Positions 1 to 8,800 of a stretch of 37,050 nt of DNA are shown here, piece after piece. Each line of letters opens with the position of its first letter. Position 1 is the first letter of the stretch. The position numbers and the translations under genes were made by a program. Where the stretch lies: sequence record DRR723986_4014; one strand, 5' to 3'. The notes beneath the pieces are model-generated. The model ran no database searches, was not told where the DNA came from, and saw only the letters and a list, made by a program, of their open reading frames with translations.

Positions 1-33
1 CAGGGACGATATTCCTACGCCCTCCGGGACGAC
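1..33 (-). repeat. Possible CGTC-type REP-like palindromes, cut by the window edge
   Basis: Minus strand reads CGTCCCGGAGGGCG, then a second CGTCCCTG truncated at position 1. Resembles CGTC-foot REP hairpins. Confidence 0.3.
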
Positions 34-125
34 TCAGTTCACTTATGAAGGTATGCCGCTGCAGCAATATCGACAAGTCGCCTACTCATTTAGTCCGCCA
101 TAGGGTCAGAATGCGACTCGATCGG

Positions 126-530
126 TCAAACATGAGACTTACTAGAGCTCTGTGACTGGCGCTGCATATTCCATCCGACCCAGGGGATTTGCAGCCAAAA
201 TGAAAAATAGAAGAAGGTCAGATACCAATAGGGAATGACAAAGCTGATTCCTAGCCCCTTATACAACCCCAGCAGTAGGTAATCGTAAACGAACAGGGGG
301 ACTGTCAAATAGAACGCCAGCCAGCAAGAATTCTTGAAGTGTTTGCCATCATTCCAAAACTTTTCAATCGTTATACGCGACACCGGAAAGTACATAACAG
401 TGACAGCAACAACGATCAATACTTTCGCCCACAGATACCATTGTTGGTAGTACTCCGGCAGCCCCAACAAGTAGAAACTCAACCAGGTAACGAAGCTGTA
501 GGCGAGAAGCCCTGCGTGTAATTTAATCAT
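126..530 (-). CDS. Hypothetical integral membrane protein (about 4 TM helices)
   Basis: 134-aa ORF with four hydrophobic, aromatic-rich segments. GTAGGAA RBS-like sequence upstream of the ATG. Confidence 0.7.
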   Translation of the reverse strand: MIKLHAGLLAYSFVTWLSFYLLGLPEYYQQWYLWAKVLIVVAVTVMYFPVSRITIEKFWNDGKHFKNSCWLAFYLTVPLFVYDYLLLGLYKGLGISFVIPYWYLTFFYFSFWLQIPWVGWNMQRQSQSSSKSHV

Positions 531-698
531 CTGGTTCCTACTTATCCGGATCCTCTCTCCACGCTCGACTCATTGTCGCCGAATCGAGACCGGAGGGCCA
601 CAATTTAAACTTTGATGAATTAATCTGTTCATCACCTGCGAACTAAGTCCGCATCTCGTGTCGAATATTTGCCGCTGCAAATAGCAACGCAAGCCGCC

Positions 699-1322
699 TC
701 ATTGCGCGGTGACCTTACGGACTAAGTGCATTCCATCTCGTCCGCGATAGGTTAGCAAAAGGGAGTTGTCGGCGGCAGCAGCTTCAAAGACAGCTTCAAA
801 AAACTGGTGCTCTCCAGGCCAGGGGAATGCAAAAAAAAGATCAAACTCATCCATCCCTAGACCAATTTCCTCGTAAACATCGCCCTCGAACGTCTCGACA
901 TGTTCTATGTCACTGCCAAGGTCGTCGATGCCAGATAGATCGCGAGGGACGAAACTTCCCGTAAAGAACTTTGTTCGCAGCTTCAATTGATCCGCCAACT
1001 GGTCTGCCTGCTCAACCAGATTCGCTTCCACCTCTATGCCAACCGATTCAAGGCCTTGAACCGTAGCGAGCAAAGCAGCCACGCCAAAGCCACTACCCAG
1101 CTCGCAGAACCTATCGCCCGACATCAAGTGATTCTGACCAATCCAGGTCAAAGCTTGATCGAGAAGATGAAAGTCACAGGGAACGAAATTCTCGGTTACC
1201 GTTTCCTCACGCAATAGGAACGCTTCGATACACTCATTTGCTGTATCGATCAGACGAGACGCCTGGGCCGAATGGGCAACATTCCGGATGTCATCTGGGA
1301 TTACGATCTGCTGCAACGTCAT
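699..1322 (-). CDS. Class I SAM-dependent methyltransferase
   Basis: Motif I FCELGSGFG, acidic residue at the end of strand 2 (GIEV), FDLFFAFPWP motif IV-like segment. Confidence 0.8.
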   Translation of the reverse strand: MTLQQIVIPDDIRNVAHSAQASRLIDTANECIEAFLLREETVTENFVPCDFHLLDQALTWIGQNHLMSGDRFCELGSGFGVAALLATVQGLESVGIEVEANLVEQADQLADQLKLRTKFFTGSFVPRDLSGIDDLGSDIEHVETFEGDVYEEIGLGMDEFDLFFAFPWPGEHQFFEAVFEAAAADNSLLLTYRGRDGMHLVRKVTAQ

Positions 1323-1356
1323 AATGGAAACTCAGGATCCCGGAGCCTGGCCAGAC

Positions 1357-1593
1357 CTACTTGGCGCGAATGCGGCTGCCATCTTCGCTCATTTCGAAGA
1401 TTTGCAGCTCATTCTGTTGAACCACGTCACGGACCTGCGAATCGGTAATCGACTTGCCGCTCGCATTCGCCTTTGTGACGAAATCATCGACGTCGGCCCA
1501 ACGTTCGTCGCCGAGCTTCAGGCCAATGGATTCGGGATGATGCCTCAGAATGAAGCTCATGTACTTGCTGATCTTGGTGAGTCGTCTGTTCAT
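1357..1593 (-). CDS. Stand-alone N-terminal lobe of RNA 2'-phosphotransferase (Tpt1/KptA-like), 78 aa
   Basis: ISKYMSFILRHHPESIGLKL..WADVDD and SEDGSRIRA match the KptA N-lobe. The ORF stops (TAG) where QGHS and the NAD-binding lobe would follow. AGGAG RBS-like sequence upstream. Confidence 0.8.
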   Translation of the reverse strand: MNRRLTKISKYMSFILRHHPESIGLKLGDERWADVDDFVTKANASGKSITDSQVRDVVQQNELQIFEMSEDGSRIRAK

Positions 1594-1819
1594 GCCGCGT
1601 AGTTTAATGCACGGCTCCTATTTCGTCGTGCCCCCAGAAGTTGCGCAGACCGAGAATCGGCATCGATCTGTGCTGGGGGAAACTCGGAACTGCCGGCATT
1701 CAGCTAGCCAGACCAGCCTGAGAGAATTGGCAGCACGGTGGACAAAGAGGTAAAGCTGCCGGCACGCAACATTCGTTCAACTGTCTCAATGAAGCGACAA
1801 GAGACCGGCGCTAGAGGAG

Positions 1820-2275
1820 CTACTCGAACTCAATCTGCACTTGCTCGCGCATGATGTCGCCGGGAATCTGCTTAGAAAGGATCCACCCGGCTTCTCGAAT
1901 GTTGGCTTCGATTGTGATCGTTAGCGTCCCGGTTGCACCAGACGTCGGCAACACGGCTGGATCAGTTGTCAGAGTGTATTCCAAAGGAGCCGCGAACTTT
2001 CCGATCTCATCGGCAACGACCGCTTCAATGTCGGAAATTGTAGATCCTTTCACGATTCCCGTTCTAGCCGCTTCATACGCGGCGTGGGTGACGATGTTCC
2101 TGAGCAGATTGTATCGGATCAAATCGATGCTGCCGAGAAACAGCATAAACAAGATTGGCAGACAGACGGCCATCTCAGTCGCGACCGTTCCCTTACGACT
2201 CGCTGAGTTGCTGGCAGCCTTCTTGCTGGTTTGTCCCAGACGTAGCCGCTTATTCCGGATCGTTCGATACGACAT
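1820..2275 (-). CDS. TadE/TadF-like pseudopilin
   Basis: RKG/TVATEMAVCLP prepilin cleavage motif with E5, a hydrophobic helix and AAYEAAR. Confidence 0.85.
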   Translation of the reverse strand: MSYRTIRNKRLRLGQTSKKAASNSASRKGTVATEMAVCLPILFMLFLGSIDLIRYNLLRNIVTHAAYEAARTGIVKGSTISDIEAVVADEIGKFAAPLEYTLTTDPAVLPTSGATGTLTITIEANIREAGWILSKQIPGDIMREQVQIEFE

Positions 2276-2280
2276 AGTTG

Positions 2281-3435
2281 CTACTCCGTATAGGTAAGTC
2301 CGATGGACCGCGCGATTTCTCGGAATGCCTCAGAGAGCTCCGCGTCCCCAGGAGCGTTGAAGGCAACGCCACCAGTAGCTTCCGCAACGTCAGCCATAAC
2401 CTGGGCACCCGCACCGGACCCGAAGGCCACCGTGTGGATCACGATCCTGTTGTCCGCCGCCGTCTCCGCAGCCTCAACGGGATCATAGCCAGTGTTCCAG
2501 ACACCGTCGGTTAGCAGAACAATGATCTTTTCCGCATAACCGCTCCGCGACGAATTGTTCAGCAGCGTTACGGCTTCGTCGATGCCGGAGCTGATCGCGG
2601 TGGCACCGACAACGGGTTCGGTGCCAATGTCCATGACCGCATCGAGTACTTCCGTGTAGTTGTAAGTAAACGGCTGGTCGACCGAGACTTCATCAGACGT
2701 GAATGTTTCATTCCAGTACTCGCTGTACGTTTCGTAGTCGCTGGAATAGGTAACAAGGGCAACTTGCTCCTTCTTTACTTTTGCTTCCATCTCAGTCAAA
2801 AAGACGCCAATTGCTCCTTCCAAACTCTCCCAGCGGCTGCCTTGCTGTGGGGCGACGAAATAGTCGACGTACCACGAGTTACCGCTTGGATAGCTCCATG
2901 TAGTTCCGGTAAGGTCAAATGCCATTGATCCGCTGCGGTCAAGCACCAGAACAATGTCTAGATAGGTCTCGGTGGCGGTTGATGCCTCGTCTAAGTTGAC
3001 CGCATCACGCTTGTGGACTCCGCTGAAGACAAGTGGAAAGCTTCCTGCCCGAGATCCCTCGTCCAGCCGGGCATGCACACGGAAGCTGTTAAATGGTGTC
3101 GCCTCGGGTGTGAAGACGTACTTGCCATCCTGATCCGGCGCAGAGTTGCCTGGAACGATGTCGCTATTTCGTAGTCGCAGGTTAGACATCAACGCGCCAT
3201 TTCGGCGAGCGATCTGTTTAGCAACGGTGCGTGCTGATTCAACAGATTGATTCTCAATGTAATCAACCATCGCAGCCCGAGATGCAAGGTCACTGCTAAC
3301 CCGCAGATCTGTTCGAGCGCTGGATATCAAAGCGAAGTCGACGGCCATGGCCCCGACTCCAATGACCGCAATCAGTAGAAACAGGAAGATGATCGTTATC
3401 GAGCCCTTACGCTGGGCGGGTCTAACATAAAACAT
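2281..3435 (-). CDS. TadG-like protein with vWA domain
   Basis: RKG/SITI prepilin-like N-terminus with TM helix, AVDF..DLAS Tad motif, vWA MIDAS DRSGSM, LLTDG, IHTVAFG. Start moved to ATG 3435, which has AAGGAG 7 nt upstream and no overlap with the upstream gene. Confidence 0.88.
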   Translation of the reverse strand: MFYVRPAQRKGSITIIFLFLLIAVIGVGAMAVDFALISSARTDLRVSSDLASRAAMVDYIENQSVESARTVAKQIARRNGALMSNLRLRNSDIVPGNSAPDQDGKYVFTPEATPFNSFRVHARLDEGSRAGSFPLVFSGVHKRDAVNLDEASTATETYLDIVLVLDRSGSMAFDLTGTTWSYPSGNSWYVDYFVAPQQGSRWESLEGAIGVFLTEMEAKVKKEQVALVTYSSDYETYSEYWNETFTSDEVSVDQPFTYNYTEVLDAVMDIGTEPVVGATAISSGIDEAVTLLNNSSRSGYAEKIIVLLTDGVWNTGYDPVEAAETAADNRIVIHTVAFGSGAGAQVMADVAEATGGVAFNAPGDAELSEAFREIARSIGLTYTE

Positions 3436-3439
3436 ACTG

Positions 3440-3880
3440 TTACTCCTTGATAACGGAGACATCAACGCCGATGCCATTGCTGAGAGGGTCCTGCAAGAGA
3501 TTCAGTCCCGAGAAACTGGTCATCTCCGAAAGCGGGACGCGGACTTCGAGATCAATCCGACTACCACGTTCAATGGTTGCGTAGTTGGACGGCAGATTGA
3601 TTTCGTACGTTTCGATGCCGCGCAGTTCGAGCATTCGCTTGGCAGCATTTTCAACTTCAGTGGCAGACGCCGTTGGCTCGGCCGCTTTGCGCGCCGCATC
3701 GTAGGCAGAGATCTTAATGGCCTGACGGAAGTAGATTAGATTTGTCAGATCGATAAATGAAAGTGTAACAAACACAAGCAGCGGAAGACAAATTGCAAAC
3801 TCAACCATAGCTGCACCGCGACGGTCTTCTTGACGCCGACGGTTTCGCCTCGATCGATTTGCTGGTCTTCTCATCTTCAT
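3440..3880 (-). CDS. TadE-like pseudopilin
   Basis: RRG/AAMVEFAICLP motif and SAYDAAR. Confidence 0.88.
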   Translation of the reverse strand: MKMRRPANRSRRNRRRQEDRRGAAMVEFAICLPLLVFVTLSFIDLTNLIYFRQAIKISAYDAARKAAEPTASATEVENAAKRMLELRGIETYEINLPSNYATIERGSRIDLEVRVPLSEMTSFSGLNLLQDPLSNGIGVDVSVIKE

Positions 3881-4317
3881 GGTCTCAGTCCTTCAGGCAA
3901 GCGGGAAGACCCCCTGCAAAGTGTGTGATACTGCATCAAACACTTCGAAGAACTCTTCGCCACAATGCGCCTCAACTGAAACCTATGTCGATTTCCTCGA
4001 GCGTGCTTCAAAATTCTCTACTTTTGCGACCTTTGCATCCGTAATCCCCCTACGTTGTGGGGCGGGCCGAAGGCATTCGGCTAAGGCAAATATTAAGTAG
4101 CGAATTGGCAGAAGAATTTGCTGCAGATTGCAACGGTTGAGGACGTCCGGAAAGGCGACTACCCATCCCCCCAAGCGGCAAGCCGCAAATCGAATCTTCG
4201 CCTTCCCCCCTCGCCGGAGATAATGCGGGCGCGTCGATTGTGAGCTCGCTTAAGGTTTCCAGCCCACAAGAGTTTGAGCGGCGGCGATAGACGCTCCGCT
4301 CGGTTTTCAACGAGGCC

Positions 4318-5787
4318 CTACGAGAAGATAGATGTAAGGGCCTGGGCCTTGACCAGTTCGCGAGGCTGGTTCAGGTGGTTGTAAACGATCGTCTCCGGAT
4401 CGATGCCAAAACTGTGGTAGATCGACGCCAACAGTTCGATAGGGTGGACCGGATCCTCAGCCGGAGCGGAGGCGGTCTTATCGCTTTTTCCGTGAACGTA
4501 CCCGCGTTTCGCCCCGGCTCCAGCAACCACTGCGGTATAGCAGTACGGCCAGTGATCCCGACCGTCGGCCGAGTTGTTGTTACCGCTGGTTGAAACGCCT
4601 CGCTGAGGTGAGCGTCCGAATTCGCCGATCGCGACGACGAGCGTCTCGTCCAGCATTCCACGCTCATCGAGATCCTCAATCAGCGACGACAAGCCATTGT
4701 CCAGCATTGGTGCGGACCGATTCTTCATCCGTTCCGTCAAGCCACTGTGGTGGTCCCACGAATGGTTGTCTGAGTTTGCAACTTTCGGCCAAATCACTTC
4801 AACAACACGCGTCCCAGCTTCAACCAATCGCCTAGCCAGCAAACAGCTTTGGCCGAACGTGTTGCGACCGTACTTGTCTCGCAAATCGTCCTTCTCCGCA
4901 GTCAGGTCGAACGCCTCGCGAGCGCGGCCAGAGACAATCAAGTTAAGCGCTTGATCGTAGTAGCCATCGAGCTGGTAGTCTTTAACGGCCGCATTGATAT
5001 CAGGCATCTTGGCGTTGACCAGTTCGCGAAGCTGCGCTCTCCGCTCTAGCCGAAGGGCAAAGACGTCTGGGCGCAGCTTAAGGTCTTCCACCTTGATTCG
5101 GTTCATTTTGTCCATGTCCATGTCGTCCCCATCGGGATACAACGTGTATGGATCATAGGCCTTGCCAAGAAAGCCCGCCGTGCCGCCTTTGCCGATAACG
5201 TTACTCTCCTGGAGCGGTCGCGGCAGCATCACAAATGGAAGCATCGGCTGGTCGGTCGGCTTCAAGCGGACAATGTTGGATCCAAAATTCGGAAAGTCCT
5301 TTGGACTTGGTGGTTCTAACTGTCCAGAAGGGCTGACTTTGTCCGTCGTGTAGCCCGTCATCAACTGGTAAATCGCTGCCGTGTGATTGAACAGGCCGTT
5401 GGGGGAGTAGCTCATGGATCGAATCATGGAGAATCGATCGTTGATCTGTGACAGCCGAGGAAGATTTTCGGTGAACTGAATGCCGGGAATCTTGGTGGAT
5501 ATGTTTCCAAAGGCGCTTTTTACATTCTCCGGAACGTTCTCCTTCGGGTCCCAAAGGTCAAGATGGCTCGGGCCACCTTGCAAATACACCATGATGACGC
5601 TCTTCGCCTTTCCCCAACCTGGGGCGGACGAAGTCGCGGATTCACTGCCGTGGGCGCGCAGCTTGAGCATGCCCGACAGTGACAGCCCCAACAGCCCGGA
5701 GCCACCGATTCTCATGATATCGCGTCGGCTTGGGGGCAGATGGGGATCACAGAGATCTTTTGCCATGGGTCCTTGGATGCGAAACAT
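4318..5787 (-). CDS. DUF1501 family protein (planctomycete, Tat-exported, sulfatase-fold-like)
   Basis: SRRDIMRIG Tat-like signal, [48 protein letters not shown] upstream. Confidence 0.92.
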   Translation of the reverse strand: MFRIQGPMAKDLCDPHLPPSRRDIMRIGGSGLLGLSLSGMLKLRAHGSESATSSAPGWGKAKSVIMVYLQGGPSHLDLWDPKENVPENVKSAFGNISTKIPGIQFTENLPRLSQINDRFSMIRSMSYSPNGLFNHTAAIYQLMTGYTTDKVSPSGQLEPPSPKDFPNFGSNIVRLKPTDQPMLPFVMLPRPLQESNVIGKGGTAGFLGKAYDPYTLYPDGDDMDMDKMNRIKVEDLKLRPDVFALRLERRAQLRELVNAKMPDINAAVKDYQLDGYYDQALNLIVSGRAREAFDLTAEKDDLRDKYGRNTFGQSCLLARRLVEAGTRVVEVIWPKVANSDNHSWDHHSGLTERMKNRSAPMLDNGLSSLIEDLDERGMLDETLVVAIGEFGRSPQRGVSTSGNNNSADGRDHWPYCYTAVVAGAGAKRGYVHGKSDKTASAPAEDPVHPIELLASIYHSFGIDPETIVYNHLNQPRELVKAQALTSIFS

Positions 5788-5866
5788 TCGATTCTCCTTT
5801 AGAACGTGCCGGATCGGCTATGCCGAGATTTTTCTACCTGCACGAGTGTTTTGACGTCGAACTGTT

Positions 5867-8800
5867 TTAATGATTGAACAGGAATGCGGGACTGTTGATC
5901 AGCGCCCAAGTCAGATCTTGAGCAAGCGTCAGTCTTTCGTTCGCGAGCTGATCCTTACTGGCTTGAACATCGGCACGCAATTGAGCAAGACCACTGTCGA
6001 TCTGGGTTTCAACGCTTAGGCGTTTCTTGCGTTCGGCCAACTCGACGAGTTGTTGGTCCGCGGGAAGCGGCTTCTTAGCGTTCGCGAGTGCGGTCTTGAG
6101 TTTCGTCCACTCCGTATCTGTGACTGACAGGTACTGCGTGACCGGCTTAAGGGTCTCGGAATCGAGCGATTTTGATGGAACACTTGCCAGTGCGGCAAAG
6201 GCTTCCGGACTTCCCAGTTCGACAACGTCGTCGGTCGTTACCGAGATCCGAAATCTACCTATGCGGTGATCCCCCGCGTTGTGATTCTGGTGCAGTTTGA
6301 TGGTCAACTGTGCTCCAGAATCGAACTCGATCGGCTCCGCAAACTGAAACGAAGCCCAGTGAACGGTTCCGCCTCGAGGGCTAACAGCCCAGCCACGTTG
6401 ATTCGATGTCTGGCCATCAAACACCTGCTCGGGGGCGAATCCTCCTTGCGAGAAGTCAGCCTGCCCCTTTGCGATGTTGACGGCTTTCGGTTTCTCCTTG
6501 CCGCCAGTGGCCGATGCAAGCACCTCCAATTCGGTGACCACGAAGTTTCCGTTACTGGCCAGTCCCGGTCCGCCTCCAGGCTTTCTGTCAATTGGCAACG
6601 CCTCCAGACGCAATCCAGTGATCTTGTTCAGTGGCGTCCTGAACTGAAGGGTATACAGTCCCTTGCCCGCGGCACCACTGGCCACGATAGAGCGATCTTC
6701 CTGGGGCACCAACGTTGCTTTGTTTGAGGCGACTGCGGCCGTCGCACGAAGTGGGAACCAGTTGCCAGACTTCGGCAATTTGGAAAGGTAGTCTTTCGCA
6801 AGCTTATCGGCACTTTCTGCGTACTTGGTTAGCTTGGCTTGCGCAGTTGTGATGGCCGCCTGGCGATCCTTTTCAGCCTGAGCACGGGCGTCAGCGATTT
6901 CCGCCGTTCGCTCCGCAATACTCTTCTCCACTTGTTGTAGATCAGCAAGTCGCTTGGACTCAAGCTCTCCTCGCCGCTCGGCCCACCAGGCTTCCTTGGC
7001 CTGCAATTGCTCTGTCAGTTTCGCATGATCTTCAGAGATCCTTCCGGCCATCGAAACCACCGCAGCGACCTCATCGTCAGTCGCCTTACGGCTGAGCACG
7101 CGTAGGTAGATTTCTCGAACCATTTGTTCAAGTGGAATCTCGCCGTCGGCCAGGCCAGGCAGAGCACTTTCAGGGTCACTGATGGCAGTGCCAATGGTGG
7201 GACCACTGACTAATGCCATGATTGGCCCAAGCTGCAAGTCGTCCGATCGCTCACATTCACAAGCGCTTTCGCGAACGGGCCGCCCCAAATTGTTGAGAAA
7301 TCCGTCCGGTAGACTGACCGCTACATCGGGTAGCGCCGCCGCTCGTGTGCCAGGTTCTACCCCAGGAATCTTTGAAACGGCTCCAGTAACCTGGTGTACA
7401 GAATCGTAAAGCACTTCCGCCGGCAGCCGCCGAGCCTTTGCATGCGAATAGTTGATCTTGTCGTCGTCATTCCAGCGGTTGGTTGCCACAGATAGCTGGT
7501 AGACTCGGGAGGAGCAGATCAACCGTACAATGTGCTCTGTATCAAATCCTGAATTGACAAATTCCTTCGTCAGGTATTCCAACAGCTCTGGATTGGTTGG
7601 CGGATTCCCGGCGCGAATGTCATCGAGCGGTGTCATCAAACCTGTTCCGGTCATATAGCCCCAAATGCGATTCACGTAACTGGACGCAAAGTAGGGGTTG
7701 TCGGGCGAGGTCATCCACGCGGCCAACTGTTCGCGACGCGTCGCATCGGCGGAGGCTTCGTAGGCGACATCGTAGGGGAAGGAAGGCTGCACCTCGGCTC
7801 CCGTTCTTTGGTGCGTCATCTCTCCTTCGGAAGAATCGGAGACAATCTCGTATAGCGGCTTCGCCCCCTCTACGGCAGTTCCGCCCAGCCGCTTGCCCCT
7901 ACTCTGTGGGTCCGACTTAAGCTTCGTTTGCGCAAAATAAGATGCGAGCTCATAGTACTGGTCCTGGGTCCAGCGTTCGAAGGGATGATCATGGCACTTG
8001 TTGCAGTTGAAGCGAACGGCCAAGAAAAGGTGAGTCGTGTTCTCCATGATCATGTCGGGATCACGAAGGATCTTGTAATAAGACGCCGGCGGATTGTCTT
8101 TGTTCGAGCCACTGGCGGTCAGAATATCGTGAACAAATTCGTCGTAGGGGCGATTCTCGGAAACTTGTTTGTTGATCCAACCACGAAACGACTTGGCACC
8201 CTCGGAACCGAGAAACTTTGAATTCACCTGCAACAAGTCAGCCCATTTGTTGGTCCATAGCTCAACGTACTCCGGTGAACCGACCAGTTCATCGATCACG
8301 CGTTGCCGTTTCACCTTCGACTGGGTCTGGTCTACAAGGAAGGTTCGCAGTTGATCTGACGTCGGTGGCAAGCCAGTCAAATCAAGGTACACGCGGCGAA
8401 GGAACTCGGAATCGGTGCACAGTTCACTCGGCAGAATCTTCATCCGCTTCCACTTAGCGGCAACCAACTGGTCGATTCGACTGCTGACTTCGGGCTCCTG
8501 CCAGGCAAAACCTTTGCGATCGCCCATGACCGTGACGGTAGCCGCCGCATAGGCGCCTTCGTAGCGGGCCAAGATTGGAGCTTCGCCACGACGAACTGCT
8601 TCCACAAGTCCGCTAGGATGGCTGATGCAAATCTCTGAATCGCCCGATTCCAGGAACGCTTCGCGGGTCACGTCCATACTTCGTCCATCAGGGTAGTGCG
8701 CAACGACTCGAAACTGTTGCCAACTTCCTTCACGCTCAATGACCGGGTCCTTCGGGAACAGCTCAATTCGACTGACCTTGGCGGAGTCCGGATTGAGTTG

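Noticed and set aside
1323..1359. Stop-codon readthrough or frameshift restoring full-length KptA, or fusing it to the methyltransferase
   Set aside because: Readthrough gives VWPGSGILSFHY, not QGHS. The methyltransferase ATG is out of frame (34-nt gap) and no slippery site is evident.
3881..4317. c-di-GMP riboswitch or sigma54 promoter upstream of the tad cassette
   Set aside because: GCAAA words occur but without the required stems. The TGGCA..TTGC near 4106 has the wrong spacing and is on the wrong strand.
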